A DNA stretch of 64,000 nt from Eledone cirrhosa (Eukaryota): positions 360,344,001 to 360,408,000 of the forward strand of contig OZ024743.1 of assembly GCA_964016885.1 (NCBI GenBank), read 5' to 3'. The notes beneath the pieces were generated by a model. The model did not search any database and was not told the DNA's origin. It saw nothing but the letters and a program-made list of their open reading frames with translations. The position numbers were made by a program, and so were the translations under genes. Every line of letters starts with the position of its first letter. Within the stretch, counting starts at the first letter, position 1. Positions 40,037 to 54,243 of the stretch are shown piece after piece.

Positions 40037-41590
40037 TTGATGACTCTTCGACGATAAAGAATGAAAACGCAGCCTATTTGAATTCGCCATTCGTTTTAAC
40101 GGCAATATGGTTTGGCTTAACATTGGGAATATTCGAATCGGGTTGCTAGACTCGCTTAGCGTAAGTCCAAATAATTCATAATATTCCATTTGTTGAAGCA
40201 CACGACATGCACAATATTTCTGTCATAACTTTCTGCTGACTCACGCATACAGACGGACAAAAAATACAACACAAAAGAAACCGTTTTTTTCGACGTCTAA
40301 CAAAAAATTTCTCTTTTGGATTGAAAATGATTATTGCGAGTATAGTTTGATAAAGACAGAAAAAAGAAAAGAATTTAAAAAAAAAGAATTTCTCTGGATA
40401 TAGAATTTTGCTTTCAACGTTCTGTTGAAATTGCAAATGGAGACTCAAACATTTTGTTTTCCCGCGTTCAGCTTGTCTTCTTCGGTCCTAGCCATCTCAT
40501 TGGCTGCATCGTGCCACATGACGGCTTCTTCATCACGGACACGTTTTTCGATCGGCCATCATGGAAAATCATTTTTTTTCTTTAGAATGTTTTCAAATTT
40601 TCTTTAGAATTTTTTTAGAGAAAAAAATTAGCAGTATTTCGAAAACTTTACGCCACGAGGAGATTTCAGAACGGCTACCACCAAATAACAGCCATCAGCG
40701 TCAACACATGGCTATATTAACCAACACCAGGAAACGGCTTGTAACTTTACCGACGCAACCACCATACCTACTGTCTCGTTACCACAAGGACTCGAGAAAT
40801 TAAGACATTAGTTTTCTTACCATTATGGCGTCAGACGTGGCTGCCATATCGGTGACGCTAAGTTCTTCAACGCTCGCATTCGACTCTACAGAAGATTCAT
40901 TGTGACTTTGCTTTAACAACAATTCTACTAGCTCCCTAATAGGAGCGTTCACAAAGAAAGAAGAAGCAAACTTTTCGTTAAAAGAAAAGAAACAATTCTT
41001 TCTTTCTTCCTTTTTTTTTCAGGCATTTATTTTGGACATCTATTTTTTTTAAAACTGTATTATATGAAAATTCATTTCTCTCTATCATTATATATTGACC
41101 GCACGCACACATTTTCTTTGCTGTATTACATGGAACTGCAACTCACCTACAGATTCGACTTGTTTTTTTTTTCCTTATCAAAGCAACAAGCCATCTTTTC
41201 CTGGCTCCATAGCACATTCGGCAATACATCTGGGAGGCCATCATTTTCTCGCCAGCACTGGTAAACTACCATAATAGCTTCGTTCACAGCTACTGGTACA
41301 ACGCTTACCATTAACATTTAATGCAAGAACAGCAACTTCGCCCATGTCAGACTTTATCTGTTTTCTGGTAGACCTTTGTCGTCACGTATAAACTACAAAA
41401 CAGCTAGTCATTTGACAGCGGCTCAAAACGGCCCGTCGCTCCTAATTTATTGTGTTCTTGCATGCATCTTTCTGCTCAATTATTGTTTCATTGATGTGCT
41501 CTTTCAGCAATTGTTCTTGCTGATTCAATAATCTATGGATCCTCGGCTTCATCGTTAACGATTTTCGGCTAAACATCTGCTCGGAGGTGA

Positions 41591-42101
41591 TGTAGTGACC
41601 TACATTTCGCGGGCTCACATACATTCTCTGTGCGTGATTTGGCTCAGCTCAGCCAATAAGCGCCAGTAGAAGAGGATGTATCCCTACGCGTTCTGAGGGA
41701 GAAATAGCCCGCAAAGATTTGAGGGCGCGATCACTCGCAGCTTCGACCGTGCTAAGGTAAACAACCATTTTTCTTGCGCCGTGAAATCACTAACCAATAT
41801 GTAACACAACAATTTAACCACGGCCTGGCAACGCTTCTCTCAGCCTGTAGCCCGTGTCTTTCTGGAATCTTAATTCGTTTGTTTAATTTCTCTTGGCATG
41901 CCAACTCAACCTCTGTTAATAAATAATGTAAAACCAAGCTAAAAGTCGTTGTCGATATTCCTATTATATCTTTCTACCAAACCTGGTTCCTCGTGGCAAC
42001 ATTACAACTTCTGAAATATATTTCTGCGCTAAATTGGTACTTATATACCTCAACTAAATTGGTGACTTATATTCAATAAAGAGAAACATCCCTTTCCTTT
42101 A
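41591..42101 (+). repeat. 3' LTR
   Basis: Direct repeat of 39526..40036 with scattered substitutions. Confidence 0.9.
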
Positions 42102-43299
42102 ACCTCGACGTTACTCTCAACTTGTCGAATGGTTTGCAATACCCGTATAGAAAGCCGAATGATACGCTTAATTACATAAGTAAGCATTCTAACCATCCTG
42201 CCAGCATAACCAAGAACCTGGTAACAAAAGTTTCTTTGAGGCTTTCCCATCTATCTACAAACGAGCATATTTCCATCGACCATTCCACATATTACAATGA
42301 AGCTCTTGCTGGCAGCGGATTTGTCGATAAGGTAGCACATACTAAGTATGAGCATAGACCAAAGAAAAATAGATCCCGACGCATTATATGGTATAAACCC
42401 CCATATAATATGGAGGTGGCCACACCATTAGCTAAGATCTTTCTCTCCCTTATTAATAAGCATTTCCCATAAGCACATAAATATAATACATTTTTTAATA
42501 TAAATACCATTAAACTGTCTTACTCTACGACTCCTAACCTTGCACATAACATCACTGCTTCAATGTAGCTAAATTACCAAGCCGTAGGAACACGTGAAAG
42601 CCTGTAGCTAGTACTAACTATAATGTAGGAATCGGGTTGACTGCCCTTTATCCGGAAAATACCTCTCCAATAACACTGTTTACAAATGTAAGGGCAAAAC
42701 ACGCACGTCAATAGATTCAAGCAGCGTCTTTACATGCACACCCATTCTTTTCTTAACCCTTCAAGAAGGAATATGATGTCACTTTCAGCTTATATCTGGA
42801 GTCTAAAAGACAACCACACCCAATATAGGTTACACTGGAAGATCCTAGCTGAGGCTAGATTGTATAACGGAAATAAAAGACCATGCGACCTATCCGCCGC
42901 TGAAGCCCTGGAAATACTCTACGCCTATGACCACATCTTAAACAAAAAAAATGTGGGGCAATATCGGCGTGTAAACATAAATTGCATAAAACTTTCATGG
43001 ACAGTCCCATATTATACCCTAACGGATAATACGAACAATACGCGGATAATATACGCCTTGATGTGGTAGCTAAGTATATTTTATGTTTATACCATTACCT
43101 ATTTGTATAGGTAACTATACATTACTCGTATGTTTCCCAGTTGCCACTGCTAGAACAAAAGGACGACGAGGGTCATCTAAACATGATAGCGTAATGAGAC
43201 TTATTTCTTGAAACGAATCGAATATCATTAGTACCATTGGATGATGTTTTTCTGGTGATAGATGTACCCTGAGATATTGTCATCTACACTAAAGACCAT

Positions 43300-46200
43300 C
43301 CCACTGAGAAAATACCATATATTTCATGCCACTTGGACCCAAAACCCTCTCCTTCATTGTTTCCATCTGGTGAATTTAGGTGGCAACTGTGACACGCAGC
43401 ATACAGAGGAACGCAGGACTAGGTCTACAATAGACTGACAAAGAGGAGGATTTAGTGTGATACGTAGGGCAGGCAGATTATTTCCGCAGTATTTAGTGCG
43501 TGTCTGTGTGAATGTATAGGGATGCAGGATTCAATGTTTGAAGGATTGTAAGTGGATGAATATAATTCTTTAATAGATTATCTAAAAAGAGGAGCAATAT
43601 GTAACAATGAGCCGGGCGTGCCAGTTATTTTGCAATCGTCCTTCACTAGCCGGCCAAGCAAATTGCATAATTACTTCCAGGATGCTATGACAATTGTTAC
43701 AAATTATGGTAAGGCAGATCTTTATATAACCTCTTCATGTAACATGATCTTCAAACAATCTAAATAAAAATGAAGCAACAGAAAAGAGACCAGATTTAGT
43801 TGCTCGAATGTGTAAGGCTCAGCTTTCTGAAATGATGAAAGGTACCAAAGAAAGACATATTCTTGCCTTGCCAGTGGCTCATGTTCACGTCAATGATTTC
43901 CAAAAAAGGGTTTCCTCATTGCCTTATGTTGGTCATTTTCAGAAACGAAGATAAGCTTCGAAACAGGGAAGATATTGACAGAATCATGCCAGAATAAATC
44001 CCTGCAATGGAAGACCATCCGGAACTACATGAGCATGTTAAAAGTGTTATGATGCATGGGCAATGTGGTTCTGGAAATCCTTCTTCCCCATGTATGCAAA
44101 ATTGATTTTGTCAAAGTAACTACCTAAAAACCAACAGAGAGAAACATTATTGAATTTAAATGGATATCCAAAGTACCGGAGACGCAAGGCAAGAACTACT
44201 CTGCAAGCTAGACGATATGCAGTACAAAATAGGAATGTTGTCCTTTTTAATGCCTTTTTGCTTCAGAAATATCGCGATCTCTTAATGCTGAAGTTTACTC
44301 TTCTGTAAAAAGCGCCAAGTACATCTTTAAATAATTTTACAAGGGGCATGATTGTGTATTTATAGAAGTAAACAATAAATAATATATTACCGAATTATGA
44401 TCAGACTTAACACATCCATGATGGAATAAGAAAATATCTTGGTTGCAGGTATGTTCTCTGCCAGTGGCAGTGTTGCGTCTCTCTGAATTTAAGTTTCACG
44501 GTACATCACAGAGAGTGTACAGGCTTGCTATACCCCCGGGGAACTATCAGAGAGTTTACTTTCAAGGAAACAATGCTCAGGTCATGGTAGAAACACAAGT
44601 AAACCGAGACACAGCCATTACTGCCTGGTTTAAACTTAATGAAGAGGACGAAAATGCCGCCAAGTAGCTATATCTAGAAATTCAGGAATATTCTGTGTTC
44701 AATGAGACCAACAGAAAATGAACGCCAAGAAGAAGGAAGAATAATATCATTAGTAAGATGTACACAGTCAGCCCCAGAGTTGTTGAAAAAGAATTTTGAA
44801 GAACTACGAATAGTGGAGGGAGAAACACGTCTAACCTTCAAAGAGGCATACTTGCTAATTGGTCATATAGAAAATGATAACTATTTAAGCCAAGCTCTGC
44901 AAGAAGCTGCTCCCCACCACATGCCAACACAATTTCGTTTGATGTTCTCTCCTCTCTGTATTTTTCCGTGCCAGCGAAGGCACTGCCACTGTAGAATAGC
45001 CATTTGATGTCAATGATTGCGGACTTTTTACAACAAGGGATAGATGGCCAGCAAGCTGAAAATATGGCACTTGATTACATTAACGCACAATGGGGCTCCC
45101 TCAGCGCCTTGAGATTCTTGAGTCTACGTCTCATATCAACTACCCTTATATTGATTCTCTTACTGAAGATCAATGTGTGATTGCTGATAATATAATTGAT
45201 GACGTTCAATATGGAGGAAAGGCGAAAGTCCTGCACATAACTGCTTCTATATGAATGCACCTGGAGGTGTGGCAAAACTGTTCAATATACTGATCTCTCA
45301 CCTCCAGATGAATATATATCATATGTATTGCAATGCTGCTAGTAGGTAGAACTATGCACACTTTATTTAAACTACCTGTTCTACTAACACAGACCTGTGT
45401 GTGTAATATGATTGACAATCACTTCCCTGGATCTCATAATACTGGTTGATGCATCTACGATTCCTTCCTACGCAACTCATGCCATTGACGAGTGCCTTCA
45501 AGGCATCAAGGGAGTTAACTTCAAGCAAGTGCGTTCAACATTACCTAGAATAACCGTGAACCCACATCAGAAGTAGGACTTAAAAGCTCTCATTAGTGGT
45601 ACCTCTTTCTACAATTTACATTAAACAATAATATAAGAGTAAGAGAAGAGCAGAAAGAATTTGCGAAGTGTTTACTACATCTTGGCAATGGAATGCAGAT
45701 GATGTTGAAGTGATTCCATGCTCATGTGTAAATGACACTTTAGTGAAACAAACTTTCAGTAATACAATGCAACAAATGTAAAGAACTGAAGTCATTTTAT
45801 CTCCCAATAATTCTGATTGCCAATTGATCGATGAAAAGGTTCCCAGACAACTATATATTAATAATCATAATTATCATAATAGTGACAGAGTGATCGCTGA
45901 TGACTCTACAGAGGGGTGACAGATATTCTACTTAATTCTGAACTCACCCACACTTTCCGGTATCTCGCCGCACAAATTCCAGTTAAAAGCAGATCAATAG
46001 TAATGCTTCTACGGAATATTTCAATCAAGAACGAATTAGGCAATGGCACCGGATGAGAAGTAGTGGCATTGTATCAACATTTCATCAAAGCTTCTTGGAA
46101 CAATGGTCATTTGATGTGCAGACGTTTTTGTTCCCGAGGCTGAAGTTAGCCCTCAGTTAACCCAAAATTCCTTTTACGTCGGAAAGAGCCCCAAATCCAG

Positions 46201-46330
46201 TATGACTGTCGTATGCTATGACAATCAACAGGTGTCAGTGTCAAACATACGATACAGTGGAACTGTTCATACGTGACACAGTATTTAGCCATGAGCGATT
46301 GTTTGCTGCAATTTCAAAAGTACTCAAAAG
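43300..46330 (+). pseudogene. Decayed Helitron Rep/PIF1-helicase
   Basis: Remnant motifs: LFPSGE..W, AGRLF.QY, ILQSSF...QDAM.IV..YGK.DLYIT..CN, RPDLVAR, FQKR..PH (HUH), MMHG.CG, GYPKYRRR, KY.FK..YKGHD, GRT.H..FKLP, MLLRN...NGT, AMTIN..Q.QT, VFSH. Confidence 0.88.
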
Positions 46331-46871
46331 CGTCTAGAGTGTTACCCCAACGACTGGCTGCACCAGCTAAGGGAACATGATAATACATTATGAAAAAATA
46401 TTGCGTAATAAGGAATAAGCAATTATATATAATCTTGCAGCTTTACTAGAATTAAATGCTGGTGAATGATATGTATCTTAATTACTGTATATATTGTTAT
46501 TGTGTATTTTTGTATTATTTATTGCGCAGGCAACAATAAGATTCATTTGCAATGAAAATGCAACTCATCCTTTTGTTCCTTAAATAGTTCCTCTTAACTT
46601 TTTTGTTCCCTGAAAGGTCCACGGGTCCCGCGAGTCATAATGATTATTAAATTCTATACGCGTATTCAGTTATTGAGCGTTCTCCATGTGTATTGAGCTC
46701 TTCACGTATTTCTTGAGGTTTTCATACAGTTTATGGTTTTAATGAATGTAGAAACATTAAAATTGTATTTTTATGGATTTACATGAAATAAATATCTACA
46801 CAATGTTTTCATTATATTATCGAGTACTAGTCAATTAACTAAGAACATACATACATATTCACATGCTTTCG

Positions 46872-46903
<32 letters not shown>

Positions 46904-47029
46904 CCCATATATATATATGTATATATATATGTGCATGGCACAGCTTTAATTTGGCAGTTTGTTTACAAACGAATCGAATATTATTATTAATGTTCGATAT
47001 AAACCTACGTACATATGTATATGTATATA

Positions 47030-47082
<53 letters not shown>

Positions 47083-47802
47083 CATATATATGTGTGTACA
47101 TTTGTTATTCAAGTTTGTTTTGTATACTGTAGATGATATTGAGATAAGAGTCAACACTTTGTTTTGAAGGAGTTTCTATATAGCACAACAATACAAAAAC
47201 ATACATACATACATAATGCACATAAATACAAACAAACATAAAAAAGAACAGGATATTTACAACATTGCATCCATACTTTTATTCTTCATCTATTGTGTTG
47301 GAGAATAATAGAGAAATGTTGTTGTCTCTTTGTGTTTCCCAACTTCAAGTTTGAAAGCACGCAAGTGCCGGCCATTGTCAGAACTATATTAGATGTATAA
47401 ACAAAAAGGTAAGATCAGCTTACTACAACAGCAAATGCATAAGTAGAAACATCTCCACAACAAAACCTTAATGAAATGCCACGAGAAATTTCAGTAAGAA
47501 TTGTGTATTAACGGCTAAAGAATAGAAATATATTTTTTCTCTCACTTGCAATAATATAATAGAAATCAATAATTGATCACTAGTTTACCGTTGATGAAAA
47601 GAAATAAGGATTGTCATTTCCAATGTTTTGAAATAGTAACTATGCTAAATGTTTAATTTGTTACTCCTTCCAAAACACTTCCAAAATATGTAACTGGCTT
47701 CAACACACATATACACGCAAAAACGCAACCATATATAGATATATGTGCATACACGCATACATATATACACAGAAATTCATATTTACATAAGTGTTTATAT
47801 AT

Positions 47803-48700
47803 ATCATCATCATCATTACCTTTCAGCGTCCATTTTTCCACGCTAGCATGAGTAAGACGAGTTGTCCTGTTGTGAGAAACGATAGGTCAGGTGACCATGT
47901 CTTTCTCATACAGAACTGATTTGGATTTGGTTTCTACAGTTGGAGATCCTTCCTAGCGCCAACCTCATTTACAGTAAGTACACGATCACTTTACAGTGTG
48001 GACTGGCTGCTTTTTTGTCGTGACACCTACACGACCACTTTACAGCGTCGTAGGCTGGGCGTTTTTGTCGTGACAGCTACATGACCACTTTAGAATGTGA
48101 GCTGGCACCTTTTTGTTTTGTCGCCATCACGACCACGTTCCAGTGTTGGCTGGAGGCTTCATTCAGCTTGTCCTCATGGAAGATGTATGGGAGTGGGTTA
48201 GGTTGGTGCATTCAATATATATATGCTTCAGCTTCGGCCTGCGACATTACGGGGTAACGTCAGGGAACTCGGTTTTATGTCAACCTCTTTGAGGTGCAAT
48301 TGCGGAAGTTCAGCATTTATCAACTCGTCCTAAATCTTCCTGGGCTTCCCCACCCCACGGCTTCCATTGACCTTTAGCTCCCTGCACCTATTTATACAGC
48401 TACCATCCTTCATGCGCATCACATGTCCATACCAACACAATCTCCTCTCCTGCACACTGCATCTGATTCCACTTTTGCATAGTTTCGCTCTCAGTTCGGT
48501 TTTGTTTTGGCGTTCACATATATTAATATTATACCTCCATCGGAGCATGCAAGCTTTATTTTTTCCCAATCCTCGCAAGCTTTCCACAGATAGTCCTCAG
48601 GTCTGTTAACCATGCAATCACGCGTCATACAATCTACCTTTCATTTTGAGGGAAAAGCCTCCAGTAACTAGCAGTCGTACCTCCCACTTCTTCCATCCCA
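47803..48700 (-). mobile_element. RTE-clade LINE 3' remnant
   Basis: ORF 48330..48587: MLRW...RRL.WYGHVMRM...RG.GKPRK; (GAT)n tail at ~47803. Confidence 0.75.
47978..48160. repeat. ~48-bp degenerate minisatellite, about 4 copies
   Basis: cacgaccactttacag...ctgg...tttttgtcgtgaca repeats. Confidence 0.7.
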
Positions 48701-48718
48701 GTAATATATATATATGTT

Positions 48719-48785
<67 letters not shown>

Positions 48786-48830
48786 AATAATACATATATA
48801 TATATATTTTAATAATATATACAGAAAATT

Positions 48831-50587
48831 ATGAGAAACCTAAAAACTCTGAACAACCAATACAAAGAAGGACTCACTAACAAGGAATTCAGCTTCATCA
48901 CATACTTCACAAGTAAATCCACCCTTTTCTACGGTATGCCTAAAGTACATAAAAGCGAATTAATAAGTAAGGCATGCAAGGAAGCCACAGACATAGTCAT
49001 CAATGTCCCCTCACCCAATGATCTCAAATTAAGACCTATAATAGCAGGCGCCGCTTGCGAAACCCACCGCCTTAGCAACCTCATTGATACCCTTCTCAAG
49101 CCTTTTCTCAAACACATCATAAACTATATAAGGGACGACCTAGATATGCTCAATCACCTCCCTAATATGCCACTTTCTGAACAAACCCTACTAGTGACGT
49201 TCGATGTAGTCAACCTATACTCCAACATCCCCCACAACCTAGGAATAGAAGCTATCCAATTCTGGCTGGATAATTACCACAATGAACTCCCACAACGCAT
49301 CAAAAAAGAATTCGTGATAGAGGGACTCAAATTTATCTTGGAGAACAATTACTTCGTTTTCAATAACAAACCCTACAGGCAGAAATCTGGGACCGCTATG
49401 GGACCGAAAACAGCCCCCACTTATGCCAACCTAGTCATGGGATACCTGGAAATCACCCTCTACACTAAAGTCCTAAACAAATTTGGAAACACTCTCCACT
49501 TACACATAGAAAGGAACTGGAAGCGATATCTAGATGACTGCTTCATCCTTTGGCACGAAAACATCGAGAAACTTAAAGAATTTCACACCCTTATAAATGG
49601 GCTCAACACGAATATTAACTTCACGATGGAATACAGCCATCAACAACTCCCCTTCCTCGACATCCTCATTAAGATCCATAACAAAAAAATAGAAACAGAC
49701 ATATACTACAAGCCCACAGACTCCAAGCAATATCTTCCTTTCAACTCTTGCCACCCTAGACAGGTTAAAATTAATATTCCCTACAACTTAGCCAAGAGAA
49801 TCTGTACTATAGTCTCCAATAAAAACACCTGCTACTTACGGCTACACGGACTAAAGGACCCACTCATAGGCAGGGACTACCCTGCATCACTAATTGACAA
49901 TCGAATCCAACGTGCCCTAAAACTCAGTACCCAGGACCTTAGACACCCTAAAGTAAATCAACCGAAACTAAAAGCTCTTCCATACATCTCCACACACAAC
50001 CCCCTCAACAATGAGGCCTTTGACACCATCCTCCAGAACATCCCTGTGTTGAAAAAGGACCATAGAATGAACCAGATCCTACGAACACACGATATCATAA
50101 AGAGCAAAGACAATCTAAGTCAATGAAAAACATGCTAACACATGCCAAAGTACTGCCAACCACAACAACGAAACCCACAGTAAAAAAATGCGATAGACCA
50201 AACTGTGGCATTTGCATCAACCTAACAGAGGGTTCGGAATTCTATTTCAAAGAAGGACAACGTTTTATAGTAAAACACAATTTCACATGCGCATCAGAAA
50301 ATCTAATATATGTATTAACTTGCTCAGTTCGTCGAGAACAATACATAGGCTAGACCAAAAACAGCCTCCACCAACGCATGATTGTCCATAGATCCCAAAT
50401 TAAAATACGGGAATACAGGAAAATACCACTGAGTGAACACATTGATACCTGTGCCGCCCAAAATCATCCCAACTTAAACATCTTTCCCCTCTACAAATTT
50501 AAAGATAATGCCACCCACACCCAGCGCATCAGCAAGGAATCTTACTTTATTAACAAATACGGACCCCGTCTAAACACTTCTCCCTAA
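48831..50587 (+). pseudogene. Second Neptune-like PLE ORF, 5'-truncated, frameshift near 50110 and TAG at 50351; UTR to ~51925
   Basis: YGMPKVHK, RPIIA, FDVVNLY, GTAMG, RYLDD; CDRPNCGIC; NLIY..TC...QYIG. Collinear with 30663..32933. Confidence 0.9.
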
Positions 50588-50797
50588 GACGAACCTACAA
50601 CATACACACGTCAACATACATACCTACATCAGCACACATCTCTACCCACATATAAACACAATGGCATACGTAAACACACATGTTCTATGGTGCAACACAA
50701 ATATACACAAATTTGCATACCTTTTGATGTCTATAGATATAAACGTGCGGACACACACACATACATAATCACACACATGCATTGCATACTGATGGGC

Positions 50798-51005
50798 ACA
50801 TACATATTTGTGCACAGGTATTCCAATACGGCAAAGTCTAATGAATTCCCCTTGCAGTACGTACAATCTGGACACACTCCAGATACATATTTGTGCACAG
50901 TTATACAAATTCTGGACACACTCCAGATACATATTTGTGCACAGGTATTCCAATACGGCAAAGCCTAATGGATCCCCCTTGCAGTACGTACAATCTGGAC
51001 ACACA
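50798..51005. repeat. Local tandem duplications in the Neptune-like 3' UTR
   Basis: atacatatttgtgcacag x3; ggtattccaatacggcaaag...gtacaatctggacac x2. Confidence 0.8.
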
Positions 51006-51238
51006 CACACACACACTCACACACACCGTGGTCTTATGCCAATACTATATATCATTCCACACCTTTTATTATTAATGTTTTTGATGTTCTATTGAGAGAA
51101 TCGATTTTACTGAAAATATCGAATAATGTACACCATTTTACTAGAAAAAAATACTGCCCCCCCTCCACACACATTCTCACACACACACACACATATATAC
51201 ACACACACATACACACGCGTACATTAACATACACAGAG

Positions 51239-51288
<50 letters not shown>

Positions 51289-51738
51289 CTCCGTATAAGA
51301 CAAGAGCTGAAAAATATCTTTTAACATGATAAAATATCCCCCACACACTAACAGACACATTCCTACTGTCCATCCCTCTACCACGAATTACTCTGCTACA
51401 CACACACTTGTCTTTATAGGCATTTGAACTGTCAACAGACTGCGGTTCGCACACACGTCCCTGCTGACCATTATCACAACAACGAACCTCTTTACTACAA
51501 CTACACACACACATATTTGTTGTGAAAGATTATTTCTTAGTCAGCCGACACAAACCTACATTGGGCGACATTCACATGACTTCTACCGACCAATCAAAAT
51601 TGTTTTGACCACAAGAATTTTTGCAACTCGAATTGGCGCAAAACTTATTTTAATACCGCTGGAGCCACTTTTTTAACATAAAAACAGGTAGAATTTCCAA
51701 AACTGATCTGATTAGAGCAAACATCTATCTCAAAATTA

Positions 51739-51774
51739 TTTTTGAAAAGCATTAGAAATGCGCAACCGGTAAAA
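51739..51774 (+). ncRNA. Minimal hammerhead, U3:A8 variant with A13>C
   Basis: TTT TTGAAAA GCAT tagaa ATGC GCAA CCGG TA AAA; helices covary relative to 33899..33936. Confidence 0.6.
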
Positions 51775-51994
51775 CCTAAAACCAAAACTGAATACTAACC
51801 AATACTATTACTAATTCTCACTTATTCCTAATTAAACTATTTTTCACTGTGAACAATTTGTCAGCATTTTCTATTCCGTTTACCAATATATAATAACTTG
51901 TGTGTTACACCTCTATTCTTTTAAATATATATATATATATATAGAATAAGGAAAAGCGAAGTAGTTTCAGATGTTCAAGTTCTTTAATAATAAT

Positions 51995-52068
51995 GCTGTG
52001 ATATATATTTCAGTGACGACACTGGCCACACTGTTCTGTGTGCGAGTGTCGTGTCATCATCAGCCAGC
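51995..52068 (-). ncRNA. Hammerhead motif (mirror of 53573..53646, helix I mismatch)
   Basis: Reverse complement, with GCTGG instead of GCTGT. Confidence 0.65.
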
Positions 52069-53572
52069 TACTTACATAATAAGGTTATGTTTCCGAGGCA
52101 ATCCAAATTGGATCAACAAGGGAACGGATGAATTGCGTGTTCTTGGGTTTTTCATCCGCTCCCTTGTGGTACCCCCACCGGCCTGCGCAAGCGCATGTCC
52201 GAAGGAAGTTGACCATTCTCCACCGCAGACTTCAACGAAATTTGCTTAGTCAGTTCACCCTGTCATCTAAAAAATGGCCCACCAATGCCTGTACCATATT
52301 TTACTGCTACCCATCACGGCTGTGGCAGTCAGCCGAGAGCCAGAGGGGATGGGAGAGTGTTAGTTTTTACAGGTCATAATACTACCCCTCACTAAGCGTT
52401 GCCGGTACGACTGACCATCACCTTATTAGGGAAAATAAACTTATTCTAGGTATCATGGTTTTACGTTGGAAGTTAAGAGTGAGAGTTGGAAATAAAAATA
52501 AAATATCAGAAATTATAAATGAAACGATTAGAAATTAAAGAATTAAAAAAAAGAATTAAAAAATTCTTTTCTGGTGATAATTCGCATTGAGGTGAGTAAA
52601 AATATAGACTGAAGTGAGTAAATAATATGGAGAGAGGTGTTTAAGTAATATGTTCTGAGAGGGATTCTAGTGTCACAGTTACTCTATCCACATATTGAAC
52701 GACAGTGCCGTACATTATAACTACAGGGCTCCAAGCATTAGTGAATCTGGTACACAGTCCTAATTTTCATCACATGGAACAAAATCAAAGAAAAACAGAC
52801 ATAAAGTACACAGAAGAAAAGAACAGAACCAACAGTGAATAAATGCAAAAACACAGAGTACATATATGATCCATATGATTGTCCATCTGTCCATGTATAT
52901 ATTTAATTGAGAGGGCCTCTGTTCAAGTGCGATTTGGTGCAGGAAAATAGGGGTTTATCCTATTATTTGTTTCCGCGTATTTACCCTGCCGAAAGTTATT
53001 ATTATGTCCGTCCAGTGTAAGGGGTTTCCATCCCCATGGTAGAGGGAATTTCCGGGGTAGCTTATGGTTGGTTCCTCTCTTCTCCACCATATCGTTTACA
53101 TCGTTTAATTTATAATTTCTGATATTTAATTTTTATTTCCAACTCAAACTCTTAACTTCCAACGTAAAACCATGATACCTAGAATAAGTTTATTTTCCCT
53201 AATAAGGTGATGGTCAGTCGTACCGTCAACACTTAGTGAAGGGTAGTATTATGACCTGTAAAAACTAACACTCTCCCATCCCCTCTGGCTCTCGGCTGAC
53301 TGCCACAGCCGTGATGGGTAGCAGTAAAATATGGTACAGGCATTGGTGGGCCATTGTTTTGGATGACAGGGTGAACTGACTAAGCAAATTTCGTTGAAGT
53401 CTGCGGTGGAGAACGGTCAACTTCCTTCGGACATGCGCTTGCGCAGGCCGGTGGGGGTGAATTGCTGCTCACCACAAGGGAGCGGATGAAAAACCCAAGA
53501 ACACGCAATTCATCCGTTCCCTTGTCGATCCAATTTGGATTGCCTCGGAAACATAACATTATTATGTAACAA

Positions 53573-53646
53573 GCTGTCTGATGATGACACGACACTCGCA
53601 CACAGAACAGTGTGGCCAGTGTCGTCACTGAAATATATATCACAGC
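53573..53646 (+). ncRNA. Type I hammerhead motif with 45-nt helix II
   Basis: GCTGT CTGATGA tgacACGACACT..CACAC agaaca GTGTG..AGTGTCGTcact GAAA TATATA TC ACAGC. Confidence 0.78.
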
Positions 53647-53799
53647 ATTATTATTAAAGGACTTGAACATCTGAAACTACTTCGCTTTTCCTTATTCGAT
53701 ATTTACTCCGTCACTCCTATGTGGAAAAAGTACGTTGAGTGCTTGATTAGAATTGCATCAATGTTTACCCTAATATTATATATATATATATATATATGC

Positions 53800-54014
53800 A
53801 AAAGTTTTATTTAAAATTGTTGGGTTACAACGAGTAAATATTTTAAATGGAAGTTGATCAATATTTTATGGTACGTCAAATTTATTTATAAAACTGCTTA
53901 TATATTGTATTTTATCTGAAGAAGGCATGCCATATTTTTAATATGGTATCCCTGATATATGTATAATTAAATAAATATGGTTTTATAAATATAGTTTCCA
54001 TTTGTTTAATATCG
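53800..54014. mobile_element. Diverged inverted composite fragment of the 8583..11051 family with decayed HHR (53909..53972)
   Basis: Homology to ~10830..10963(+) and ~11005..11050(-). Confidence 0.7.
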
Positions 54015-54028
54015 TATATATATATGTT

Positions 54029-54096
<68 letters not shown>

Positions 54097-54243
54097 ATTA
54101 TATGTTAATAATAATAACAAGGACCATGTGCTAAATCGTCATTACGTTTATTGAGGTATGACGGGCATTTCGCTGTTGATCGGGTCAATAAAAGTAATGA
54201 GGATCTAACACTTCGTACCTTTTTATTAATATCAATATCACAA

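Larger units (their letters stand above)
39526..42101 (+). mobile_element. Internally deleted non-autonomous Gypsy-type LTR retrotransposon
   Basis: Two 511-bp LTRs; ACCT TSD (39522..39525, 42102..42105); decayed tRNA-Trp-type PBS tgatgactcttcgacg near 40038; short purine run before the 3' LTR; no intact gag/pol. Confidence 0.88.
37280..43070 (+). pseudogene. Decayed Hydra-like PLE in partial-tandem form, interrupted by an LTR element
   Basis: 3' fragment ~37280..38110, then N-terminus and RT 38414..39525 (SDKT, QFDINNYY, YRDDG), resuming at 42106 (DVTLNLSNG...CDLS..EA). Multiple stops and frameshifts. Confidence 0.85.
51944..53775. mobile_element. Non-coding inverted PLE-type 3' element
   Basis: Arms ~51944..52528 and ~53100..53697; TA tracts on both sides; an HHR in each arm. 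Confidence 0.85.

Noticed and set aside
46815-46832. CTAG as Helitron 3' terminus
   Set aside because: No convincing subterminal GC hairpin.
47978-48160. CRISPR-like spaced repeats
   Set aside because: The units are homologous over their whole length, there are no cas genes, and the context is eukaryotic. This is a minisatellite.
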